Under the pieces are notes generated by a model. That model was not told where the DNA came from and made no database searches. It saw only the letters and a program-made list of their open reading frames with translations. Made by a program: the position numbers and the translations under genes. From NCBI RefSeq assembly GCF_004010195.1, contig NC_057719.1, positions 56,622,606 to 56,686,605 of the forward strand: a stretch of DNA of 64,000 nt, given 5' to 3'. Shown here piece by piece: positions 49,881 to 61,684 of the stretch (its first letter is position 1; each line of letters begins with the position of its first letter). Source of the stretch: Chiloscyllium plagiosum. Taxonomy: Eukaryota.

Positions 49881-51079
49881 TGTGGGCAGAATCTTTTTCG
49901 GGTTTGAGAGATATGAGCTACAGCAAGATACGTGGCAGTGAGCAATGTCAGGAGCAACTTATGACATCTCTTATTTTTTTGATGAATGGCGTGGCAGGTT
50001 TCTGCTAGGTAGCAGCGGGTGTCATACATGAGAATAATTGCTTTTTAAATACATTGTTAATTGTCCAAATCATCTCATAATTTTCAGCTTCCTCTTACCA
50101 AATATGTCAAACAAGCTTGATTTCAAGAAATCTTGACATGAAAGTCAGAGATGGTACCTGGTGAACTCACTCACTACTTGCTTGGAAGAACCACCATTTT
50201 AGATACTGTGTGTCAGCCATATGCAAGGACATTGGCATACGATATGTGGCATCTTCTAAGAATACTCATGGCACAGCTCCACTTATAGGATGCATTTGCA
50301 CCTAAATGCTTCACCTTGGTCAGCACCAACAACTAACACTGTCGGGCTGCAGCAAGGGCACTCTGCACTCAAGGACACACACTCAACTCATGGGCTGGAC
50401 CAGGCTGCATCTATGGGCTCTTTCACTTGCTGCCATAGCACTCACTCACTCTGAGTCCACTGGAGACTCACAGCATCCCTACCTTATGTTATAATGTCTT
50501 GCTTTTTTGCACTTTGTCCCCTTCAGTCAGAGATACGAGGCTCATATTACTGGTCTTGCTGAGCTATTCAGCACAGACATAGAGCTTGGAAGATTGTCAT
50601 GTTGTCGGCAGACATTCTTATTTTTTTTAAAACATTGGATAAAATTTAAACAAGAATCAGTGGAGCTCTTAATTGAATTCCATCAGTACCTATAATTATT
50701 ATTTGTGTCACCATGGTTAATCTTCTGCCATGTTCCACCACTTTGAATGGAGTGGCAATCATACTAAATTGAAATGGTAAATGAGTTACCTTCTTAAATA
50801 GGATGGCTTTCTACACATACCTTCCCTTATGATACCTCAGATTCTTTTTACCCAACTACTTCAGGACAGTCTTGCAATACCGTCTTGCAGTCAGAACATC
50901 CGAGCTTTAGAATTCCTTCAGACTCTGAGATTACTGCTCCCTGATCATTAAGCAAGAAGCATAATTCAGAAGAACAACTTGTTACGTTTGCTTTCTTTTA
51001 ATGCTGAATTCCTTATCCCTTCGTAGTGTCCAGTTCAACTGGTGCTGATCCAACTAGCATAGATAACCAGAATAGACAG

Positions 51080-51200
51080 GGAGCTTGTGTAATGCAATGG
51101 TAGTGTCCCTATCTCTGAGCCAGCAGGCCTGGATTCAGGTCCCACCAGCTCCACATCTGCATAATGATATCCCTAAAGAGGTTACTTAAAAAATATCTTG
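51080..51200 (+). mobile_element. Short tRNA-derived SINE (older family)
   Basis: A/B-box-like head; matches the reversed copy at 35820-35940. Confidence 0.5.
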
Positions 51201-52119
51201 GTAGACTGCCAAGTTTCCCTAGGACTTGAGGCCAGGAAGCTTATGTTCTTTCTGACTGAGCTGCTAGGTCACAATGCTTTAATTTACCTTTCTGTTGAGA
51301 AAGGAAGAAAGATTACTTGAGATTTATTTAGAAGCAGCATAAAAGACAGCAATTGGCAATATAAAGCAACTGTAACAAATTACTTTTAAAGAGGAATGAC
51401 CATTTTTAAAAATAATTAGGAGAAAAAATATTAGTCTAAGTAATCAAAGTCAAATTATTTGAAAATTGCTGCAATATATCTTGAATTAATGAAAATGTAT
51501 TGAATAATTTTGCGATTAAATCTGCTTTCATTTTTAAAAGGTTTGACTAGCCTTTAATTATGTGTTGGGCTTGTATAATAAATCAAAGATTAAGGGAAGC
51601 AAGAAACTCATTTTAAACACATTTCTATTTGTAACTCAAAATTTTTGAAATGGAATTTTCTAAATCTTTCTTTACAGTAATCAGAAACTATTTTTTTAGA
51701 ATGATTAAAAATGCCACTTTGATTATTGCTTCACAAAGATTATGAATCTTGCTATTCCTGGTCAGTGATCTGATAATGTTGCAGAAAGTTGGAGTCCTTT
51801 TGATTTAGATTCTGATTCATGTAATTATGTTAGAAGCATTGTAAAAGTGCAACCAACTGTTGTTGGCTGGGCTCTACTGCAATGATTAGACATTCGGCAG
51901 GGATGTGCATCAACTGAGACCATATATAATACCATAGAATCCAAGATGGACCTGTGGAATTGGACCTTCCATACATATCTTTTACTGCAAAGGAGACAGA
52001 ACTGTAGAGCAACCTATCAAACCTCGTATACCATGTGATCTCAACATAATTCTGACATATAGTTGCAGGCTGGTACACCTGATCAAAGAATATTGCTCAG
52101 CCCAGTAGCACCTGTATAA

Positions 52120-52880
52120 ATCTCCTGAGGATCTAAACTAAGAAAAACAGTGACATTCTAAAGTGCAAAAGCATGCCAGTACAGCAAGTAATTAAGGAGA
52201 CAAATTTCATGGTAGCATTTATTGGAAAAGAATTGGAGTGCAGTAATAACGAAGTCTTGCTGCAATTGTACATGGTTTAGGTGATACAAGTGTAGAATAC
52301 GGTGTGTAGTTTTAGTCTCCATAGTTAAAGAAGAATATGAAAGTTTGCCAAATTGGTCCCTGGGATGGAGAGTTTGTCCATGCTGAGACACTGAGTAAAT
52401 TGGGCCAATATTCTCTGTGTTTTAGAGGAATGAGATGCAATTATAATGAAACATGCAAGATTCTGAGGGTCCTGACAGGATGGGTGTCAAGGGATTGTTT
52501 CCATTGGTCAGGGAAACCTAAAACATGGGGACATAATCTCAGCACAATCTCCAACCAAGAAGATGGTGCATGCTCTATTGTTAAATACAGTCATTCCTCT
52601 GTATCTGTGAGGATTCCATTCCTGAGAACCCCTGCAAATAATCAAATTCACGAGTGTATAGCTTATTTAAAAGTAAGTTAAAAAATAAACGGATATGTGA
52701 GCTTTTCTCACCGATGTTGAATTTTGTTGATACTTATTTTTGGTGCAGATAAGTGAACTTATGAGTTGTGATTTCACAGATAGCGAGGATTTACTGTACA
52801 TTGAGATAGATGGACTTTTCATCTCTCATGGAATCAAGGGATGTGGGAAGGGAGCAGGAAAATGGCCCAAGATAAGACAC
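52120..52880 (+). mobile_element. Old CR1 3' fragment
   Basis: LGQYSLCFRGMRCNYNETCKILR remnant; interrupted by a MITE. Confidence 0.6.
52588..52796. mobile_element. Tc1/mariner (Tigger/pogo-like) MITE, 209 bp
   Basis: TA TSDs at 52586-87 and 52797-98; TIRs CAGTCATTCCTCTGTATCTGTGA and (reverse complement) CAGTAAATCCTCGCTATCTGTGA. Confidence 0.75.
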
Positions 52881-55600
52881 AATCTAAATTTTAGCATGAT
52901 TTGGCAAAGTGTTACTTTCATTGAGTTTCATGGAGGCTGTCAGTCCACAAGGCCTAACGCAGTTTCTCACACCATCCACCGAAACTTACCTCACCCACCA
53001 TGTTCCTATGGCAGCCTGCTCCTCTGATGCTCGCCAGTTTTTCTACATGATAGCCAGAAATTCTTGCCACTCCAGGGCCATTCCAGGATCACTAGTACTG
53101 GCACCAGTCAAGCATTGTCTGTCCACAGCTGTGCTGCCCAGATACGGTAGAGAAGGGGTAATTGGTGGTCATTTGTGGACAGGAATTTGGAGCCTGGGGT
53201 AGCACAAAGGAGTGAATTCCTCTTTCCACAGGACTTGCAGTACAGGCTCATGTCACCAGACCTGCAAGATTCATTCATGTTGCCACCAATGTCAATGGCG
53301 TACACTGCTCTGCCAGGGTAAGTGCCACCATCTTCTCTCTGCCACCTCACTATCTCTGCTACTGTACCCATTTCCAACCTCAAGGCTCACGCTCTTCCAC
53401 TCTCACTATTAAATTCAAAACCTTCCCTCACTTCCTTTTGTCCATCAAATTTCCCCACACCACTTACCCTGCATGGTCTGTGTGCTGTTTATTCATTAAC
53501 TAGGGACACCTCATCAACTTTTTCCTTCTACCACCAGGGATCCTAACTGCTGCATCCTACTCAATCCATTCCTTTCTCTTATTCCAGGGGGAAACAGCAT
53601 ATGCAGGCAGAAAGAGCCAAGACAGGTGGTGGGCTGCATGACATTCAATTCCTCATCTCCCTGAGGAGAGTATCCTGTCCCTGACCACCTCAAGCAGCTG
53701 ACTGATTATGTCCAAGCTCTTGGAATGTTATCATATCCTGCCCTTCATTTCCTGTGGCTTGACACTCTGTCTGAAGGCTATCCCCCTGATGTGACTGAGG
53801 ACTACTCAATCTTTGAGACATGGTCATTTGCTTAAAGTACAAGCAATGGGTTTGCCGTGTAAGCTGTTAGCACATGGTGCAGGTGTGAGATTGACAGAGC
53901 GTGGAACCTACGGAAACATATCCATCTCCCTGAGAGCTGATTGCTGACAACATGCCTGGCTTTGTATCTGTGCTAAAATGCAAGGCAAGACAGAAGGACA
54001 GTGTGCCTGCTTGCTGTAGCTGAGGAGTTAAGCACTCAATGACAAAGTAAGGCAGGGATATTGTCAGCATCCAGGTAGGTGCGAGATGAGTGGGTCTAAA
54101 AGATAATTGCTGGAGTGCTCCGAAGCTTGGAATGCAAAAGCTTAAAGCAAATGTATCAGCAATGTCCCATGATATTTTAAAGAGGGTGACATGAATTGGA
54201 TGTAAGCATCCATTAAGACAGACAGTGCCCTGAGACATTGATGACGAGTGTCCAAGATGGAGGTCCGGAGAAACAACGAACTAGAATCATCAGGGAAGCT
54301 CTGAATTTCTAGCCGGGAGTTATTTGCATCTAGTGTGGTAGAATAGGAGAGTGTATATTAACGAGGTGAGCTAAGAAATAATGAGGGTGATAATGAGCAC
54401 AACAGGCCTCTCCCTGCTCACCATCAAGAATTTTATCTCACTGTCTATTCAGAGAGGAGCCTGCCTGCCTTCCTTTTGCACAAATTCTTAGTGTGTTGTG
54501 ACCTACCAAAATGAGAACACTGACTGACCATCCTCCCCAGAATTAGATTTCTACTTGCCTTTGCTTCTTAGCTGATTGTCCCCATGGCAACCTCAGGTCA
54601 CATGGCTATTCTCCAAGTCCTTATGAAATCTTCAGATTGGTTGGAATTTAATGTCATGTCCATCAGTAGTCCTTTTGTAACCATTGCCTTATACAACAGT
54701 CTTCATAAAATCAGGAATAAGTTGTCTGAAGTATGTCACTCAACTTCATAAAAACATTCTTCACAACTATGGTTCTGACTTAATTTTCATTCAAATCCTT
54801 TCATATCCAAAGCAGAGAGTGATATAATAAAGTGGAATATTTTGCCAATATTTTCTTCTTTGTTCTTTACTTACCTCTTGATTTTAAAATATTGTAACCA
54901 AAGTGGAATTTGCACTTTTATTGAGAAGCCATTATATGATGATGGATAGAGTTTATCAACAATTGGGTGCAGTTAACCTGGGTCAGGCCCATGTCATTCA
55001 AATAACCTTCGTGATGTGTGCAAAACATTGTTAATAATGGAACTATTCCGAATAAAACTTGAGACAGGTGAAGGATGAGATGCAACAACTGATATGTTGC
55101 ATCTTTCAGGCAGAAAGTCCCAGAATGTCAGAAATGCTGTTAATCCTTACTCTCCTCCTGGTTTTTGTAACAATTTCTGTCTTACTATCTATAGGGGAGG
55201 CAGTAACGTTGTGGTAATGTTTCTTGACTCAGTCCAGAGAATTTATGTTCTGGGTTTGAATCTTACAAATATTATCCTGCAAATAGTAATCACAAATGGT
55301 GAAATTCGAATTTGATGGATAATACTGGAAGTAAATGTTAGTCTAGTGGTGACCATCAAACAATTATTATAGAAACAAGAGAGGTAAATCTACTATCCTT
55401 ACTTGGTTGGGCATAAATATGACTCCAGTTCCAAGGCAATGTAACCTCTTAAAACCCACTCTGAAATGTTGACCAACAAGCCACTCAGTTGTATGTAACC
55501 ACAACAAAGTCTAACAAAAGGAATGAAATGGTACAGACATCCAAGCATTGAAATAGATACTGTAAGAGATAGATAATGAAAACACAGTTAAAAATCACAC

Positions 55601-55639
55601 AGCACCTGATGAAGGAGCAGCGCTCTGAAAGCTAGTGCT
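55601..55639 (+). ncRNA. Minimal hammerhead ribozyme motif (family B)
   Basis: AGCAC-CTGATGA-A-GGAGC-AGC-GCTCT-GAAA-GCTA-GTGCT: 5-bp stem I, full core, palindromic AGCT stem III, CUA triplet. Confidence 0.75.
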
Positions 55640-56894
55640 TCCAAATAAACTTGTTGGACTAAAACCTGGTGTTGTGTGATTTTTAATTTTGTCCACCGCA
55701 GTCCAACACCAAAATCACAATGGAATCGCAGCCTTGACAATCCTTCAAAGTCCTTTGTACTAACATCTTGGTCAGATTTGAGAGAGGTGTCCCAGAGATT
55801 CACCAGGCAACAGCCTGTGCATGATCTCAAATCACAAACAGAAGTGTTATAAAATACTCTCCATTTGCCTGGATGAGTGCAGCTTCACCAACACGCACAG
55901 GTCAACACCATCCAGGACAAAGCAACCTGCTGATTATGACACATTCAACATTTATTCCCTCCACCACTTAAGAAAGTGTTATCTCTCATTTTCTTACAGG
56001 GCTCATGAGCTGCAGTGACTTACAGAGCTGGAGGTCAGTGCCACAGTCGCTGTGCTGATGCTAATTGCCACATCTTGAAAAACCAGCCCCATGCAGCGTG
56101 CTACTTAGAGGGAATGTTGCTTATGCACAATGACAACCATGTTACCAGCTACAAGATGCACTGTAGCAACTCGCTGAAGTCTCCATAGAAAACACCTTTC
56201 AAACCTGTGGCTTCTACCACCTTAAAGGTGAAGGGTAGCAGATATATGGGAACACCACTATGTGCAGGTTCTCTTCCAATCCATTTGGAATTAGAATTTC
56301 ATTAATATTCCTTTATTGTAAATGGATCAAAATCATGGAAATTCTTTCTTTGTTTAACACCATTGTGGTTGAATCTCCATCACATGAAGTGTAATGATTT
56401 TAGGCAACAGCTCACTACCACCTTCTCAAAGGCATCTATGGACGGGCAATGAATGTTGCCACACCAATAATGACCAGTACCCATGATTAAATTTTTAAAT
56501 CAGGTAGCTCATACCTGCTTATTATGCAAAAACCTACATTTTGTTTAAGACAAGATCCTCTGCTCATTGCATTACTTAGTTGTTTTTCTCTACCATTTTA
56601 TACCATATATACTTTGTATACCCAGTCAGAGAAGGGAATAGAGGCAGCAATCTACCTAATAAATACTGTATCACACTTCTGTTTGTGATTTGAGATCATG
56701 CACAGGCTGTTGCCTGATGAATCTCTGGGACACCTCTCTCAAGTCTGATCACAGATGTCAGTACAAAGGACTTTCAAGGGTTGACAAGGCTGTGGTTTCA
56801 TTATGATTTTGAGGAGCTGGGGTTGGACTGGAGTGGATAAAATTAAAAATCACACAACACCAAGTTTTAGTCCAACAGGTTTATTTGGAAGCAC
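55635..56894. repeat. Long inverted repeat (arms 55635-55847 and 56673-56894)
   Basis: Arms are diverged reverse complements containing the family-B element end plus LINE-derived flank. Confidence 0.88.
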
Positions 56895-57439
56895 CAGTAA
56901 AAAAAAAGCACCTTGTTAAATTGAAGACATGCTTTTACTTTACACTCACTAATGATCCTCTTGTAAACACGCTGATGGAAAAATAATTAACATGACAGGA
57001 AAAAGCACCATCAGCCACATTTGTCATCTTGGCAATGCCACTGGAACGTTGACTGTAATTATCAGTAATTAAAATTTAATAAAGATGCCAATTCTAATCT
57101 CTTGCTTATTTGTGCATATGGTTGCTGGAACTGTTCAAATCCCTTTGGTGCTGAATCATGGATTGATAATCTTTTCCACTGCCTCCAATCTCCAAGGGCC
57201 ATCAAAAGCTGTGTTAGAAAAGGCTTCAAATGACAGAAAGAAAAATAATTGTTTATAATGTTGATTACTTAAGATCATTAAATACATCATTTTTAAATAT
57301 CTAAAATTCATGCAGCTTTCAGAAGAATAAAAATAGTTATTTTCTTTACATTTGTTGGTTTGTTACATATGAAATTGGCTATTCAGTGTGACAGTTTGGC
57401 TCCTGCTATACAGTACCAATTATTAACACAGTGGGGAGA

Positions 57440-58240
57440 ATACATAAAAAGCAGAATAAACCAAATCTGGCCAATTATCACTCACCACTCAATTCTTGAT
57501 CATCAGTACATTGATGGAAAACATTACCAATAGTGTTATCAAACAACACTTGCTTAACAATAACCTGATTACTAATACACAGTTTCGTTCAACCAGGGCG
57601 ACTCAGACCCTGACCCCATTGGTTCAATCATGGTCAAAAGAGCTAAATTCCAGAGGTGAGGAGAATATCATAGAAATTTCCTTTATCAACATCCTGAGCA
57701 ACTCCAAACTGCAGTGCTCTGTGTGCACAGCTGGTCTGATGTTCTGGGTATGCCAACTGCAGCATTGATTTCCAATTCCAGACATTGCCGCCATCCATAG
57801 GCTTTGGGGCCCACACAATCGATAAAATGATTAGAGAGGATGCTGATCCAAGGGGTTACTATTAACGAGAAACTGAACTGGACTAACTATTTAAATACTG
57901 TGACTACAAAAGCAGGTCAGAGGTTAGAAATCCTGCAGAGGTTAAGTCACTCCCTGTCCACCACCTAAAAAGCACATGTCAGGAATGTGATGGAGTATGT
58001 CCCATTTGCTTGGATGAATGCAGCTCCAGCAACACTCAAGAATACATAGCAACTTCATCCACCAACATACACTCTGTTCACCACCAATGTTCAGTAGCAG
58101 TTGTGTGTACCATCTACATAATGCACTGTAGAAATGCACTAAGGCTCCTTAGGCAATAAACTCTTGACCACTACCATCCAGAAGGACAAGAACAGCAACT
58201 GCCAACAACTCACACTCTAAATCTCTCACCATCCTCACTT
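57440..58240 (+). mobile_element. Old CR1/L2-group LINE fragments
   Basis: NSVIKQHLLNNNLITNTQF..LVQSWSKELNSRGE and C-terminal remnant; further piece at ~55850-56490. Confidence 0.6.
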
Positions 58241-58599
58241 ATTTCCCTCTCTGTCTCTGTTTCTCTCTAAAACTTGGTTTTAGATTCAGGTTGCTCAGTC
58301 ACCTGTGAACCAATCTCGTAACTTTTGCCTCCAGTTCATCTTCAATCTGAACGTCAATTGCTGCTTGTTCAAACAATTGTCTACAATGGCTGCCATGGCC
58401 ATCAGCTTACCTGCTTTCAAAACTGTGGCCACTCTTTCAAACATCAGTGTTAAAAAAGTTCACAGCTTTAAAACAACAAAAAGTCCACATTCCACTATTT
58501 AAGAAAAGATATAGAGAAAAATAGGCAACCACAGACTCACCCTTACATCAGGATAGGGAAAGTATTACTGTAATGAAGGATGAGATAAACAGACACTTG

Positions 58600-59090
58600 G
58601 TTAGTGCTCATCCGGTTCGACAATTAGCATGTATGTGCGAATAGAAAATTGTCTCATGAACTTTTGAAGTTTTTTTTGAGAATGTTACAAACATTTTTTA
58701 TCAAGGGGAGTTGATGGATGTAGTATATTTGATTTTCAGAAGGCTTTTGATAAAGTTCGTGAGCTAATTAAAGCAGGTAATGTATTGGCAATGGATTAAG
58801 AATCGGTTAACAGACAAAAAACAGAAAGGATCAAATGGGTCATTCTCACGTTGACAGGCTGTGACTGGAGATACTGCATGGATCTGTACATCGGTCCAAC
58901 TATTCACAATGTAATGCAATGACTTGGAGGTGCGAACTAAATGTAATATTGCCACGTTTGTAAATGATACAAAGCTAAGTGGGAATGTGTGCTGTGAGGA
59001 AGATGTCAAATATGGTCAGAAGCGCCCGAACTGCAGACCTAGTGATTAGGCAAGAACATGGCAGATGAAATATAACGTGGAAATGTTATG
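58600..59090 (+). mobile_element. Old CR1 RT fragment
   Basis: DVVY.DFQKAFDKV..FVNDTKL..WQMKYNVE. Confidence 0.6.
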
Positions 59091-59521
59091 AAAGAAACTC
59101 ATTCCTGTGTTCAGTCAATGGCAGAACAAATCTGTTAGCTATATTACTCTGTTCAATCTGATGGCAATAAACCGCGGCGGCACTCGACAATGAAAGGCTG
59201 AAGCAGACCTGGGCATTGGCGCTGAGTAGTTGGGGATAATTACTGAACAGACAGTCCCCATTTCACATACAGCCTTTTCTATCCGTTTATCTTCTATTCA
59301 TGTCCTCACCTGAGAAAACCATCGAAACCAAACCCATGGGACAGCCCGGGTTTTGATAAACACAGTTGCATTTTTTCTGGTTAAAAAAACCGAATAGCGA
59401 CTTCACTCATATATTACCAGTAAGAGGAGCTGCCGTAAACATGAACGGCCTTGTCTTTGTGACAAACAGAAATTGCTGGAAAAATTCAGCAGGTCTGGCA
59501 GCATCTGTGGAGAGAAATCAG

Positions 59522-59559
59522 AGTTAACATTTCGAATCGAGTGAGCCTTCCTCAGAACT
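59522..59559 (-). ncRNA. Minimal hammerhead ribozyme motif (family C, decayed) in PLE end 59462-59560
   Basis: AGTT-CTGAGGA-A-GGCTC-ACTC-GATTC-GAAA-TGTT-AACT: stem I AGTT/AACT, core intact, stems II and III mutated. Confidence 0.55.
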
Positions 59560-59874
59560 GTATTTGTGGCCAATTTCTGTCTGACTCTGTTGGGAATGAA
59601 AACCTGCTGATAATCTTAGAATTGTTATACTTAGGGAAAGAGTTGTCAATGCACAGAATTTGGAGACTGAGTCCGGATTTAATTCCTGGATACTCGCAAA
59701 GCGAGTCCGGATCTCGCACATACACAGCAGTGAGTCCACACTGTGGCCTCCCATGCCAGGCCAAGTCAATAACACATCATTCCACACCTTCACCTGGCTG
59801 TGCATTGCTGCCTTTTGACTTTAGTTCAGGAAGAAATTTAGTAGCAGTCCATAGAGTCATAAAGCACAGAATTT

Positions 59875-60020
59875 AGATGTGCAGGTTAGGTGAATTGGCC
59901 ATGTTAAATTGTCCATAGTGTGTAGATTCAGTGCATTAGTCAGGGGTAGGGGATTGGGTCTGGTGGTTTGCTCTTTGACGGTCGGTCTGGACCTGTTGGG
60001 TTAAATGGCCTGTTTCCAGG
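59875..60020 (+). mobile_element. HE1-type SINE 3' half
   Basis: GATGTGCAGGTTAGGTGAATTGGCCATG...GGCCTGTTTCC. Confidence 0.75.
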
Positions 60021-60540
60021 GATTTTACGATTAACCGTATCTATAATGGGAGAGTGCGGGCTGAGGGCGACACGCTGTCTCTCACATGTGGTTAGAGAGG
60101 AAGGCTGGACGGGGGGGTGGGGGGGGGGGGGGGCGGTCTGCATACTGCAGACACTGAGCTCAGCATACATCTCGAACCCACAGCTCAGCTGCGAGCGGCC
60201 AGGCCCCGAGCTGCCCACATTAAATTAGCCGATATTGTCAGGCTTTCTGAACCAAGAACAACAATCTTAAACATGGATATTGTTTGACATCGTCCAAGGA
60301 TTGAGCTATATGGGGATTGATCCGCTTCATGTCATTGGGGATTCTCGCAGCTCTATCAGGGTTCCTAGGCACGACCTTACACGAGGTTGTTTTAAATCAC
60401 CATACACAGGCTGTGTTCCTGTTGCAGATGTGACCGGCACCGTTACAGCTCAGGGTCAGACTAGAGGTCAGGATTGACATGTAACCGCTACGTGAGGTTC
60501 GTTTGAAACAGGTAATCAGGAGATAGACACATCTAAACCC

Positions 60541-60778
60541 TTCCTGATGAAAGGCTCCGGACCGAGACGTCGATTCCCCTGCTCCTCGGATGCTGCCTGA
60601 CCTGCTGCGCTTTTCCAGCAACACACTCTCAACTCTGATCTCCAGCAGGTGAATTGGCCATGCTAAATTGCCCGTAGTGTTAGGTTAAAGGGGTAGATGT
60701 AGGGGTGCGCTTCGGCGGGTCGGTGTGGACTTGTTGGGCCGAAGGGCCTGTTTCCACACTGTAAGTAATCTAATCTAA
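60541..60778 (+). mobile_element. PLE end (60541-60647) fused to an HE1 SINE 3' half (60647-60778)
   Basis: Starts TTCCTGATGA (decayed hammerhead), joins the SINE core at CAGGTGAATTGG, ends in (TAATC)n. Confidence 0.78.
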
Positions 60779-61036
60779 TAGAACATGCAGAGTACAGTTC
60801 ACATCAAACAATGGCGGCCACAGCTTGCAGTAACTCACACACTGACCTCGGCTCCCATTCATTATTGATCAGCCTGACACAGTGTGAACTCTCCCCGGAA
60901 CCCCAGCTGTCTGACCAGCTCCTACTGGTTTGAACACAAGGAAATTGTTCAATTAATAATCGCTCAGGCGACGTGACTTGGTTTCGGTGGAGTCATTTCA
61001 TTTTGGAAGGTTTTGAATCAAAACAAATAAGATTTT

Positions 61037-61054
61037 ATATATATATATATATAT
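61037..61054. repeat. (TA)n microsatellite
   Basis: Direct reading. Confidence 0.9.
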
Positions 61055-61663
61055 AAATGTCCATTTCCTTGTATTTCTTGTTTCTTCAAGAAATCACGTT
61101 TGGTATAGAATCTGACCATGGGATAACTGGGATTAATTGAAAAGCAAGCAAATTAGCAGAGTCCTGACAGACAGGGCAGATGGTCAGATGGAGCCCGGCA
61201 AGTGGAAGGGAAGGGGGCTGGGAGATGTATCTAAACACTTGGCCATTGAACCTGCCCTGTGTTCCCACTGGGGCAGACTTCACCTCAAGCAGCCAAGGAG
61301 GGGAATTCCAAATCCTTATGAACTGGGTCACTGACAGTAACCCAGTGCGGTCTTCAGAATTGCCAAATTAACCTTTCGATTAGAGAAGAATCAAACGTCG
61401 AGTGAAATTTTATTTGTAAATTCAACAATTCATTGCAAAAGATTTGCTTCACGGTTGAGAGGGTTTAGATTGCTAATAAATTCTAATTGGAAACCGGGAC
61501 ATTTACCAAGACCGGCATATTTTGGATGGGTGGTATGATAAGGTACAGTGCTCCCATCTGGAGTTGTTTATCAGCGGCTGCAGTTGCAGGCGAGCTGAGA
61601 CCCAGGTGGCTGGGCTTTTCTCTCTGCATTATCAATACCAACAGCCAGCTGCCTCCATTCGGA

Positions 61664-61684
61664 CTGCTGCTGCTGCTGCTGCTG
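61664..61684 (+). repeat. (CTG)7 microsatellite
   Basis: Direct reading. Confidence 0.9.

Noticed and set aside
52900..54430. Possible Harbinger-type DNA transposon relics (also ~26720-28050 and ~49880-50560)
   Set aside because: Composition is suggestive, but I could not read transposase motifs or paired TIRs.
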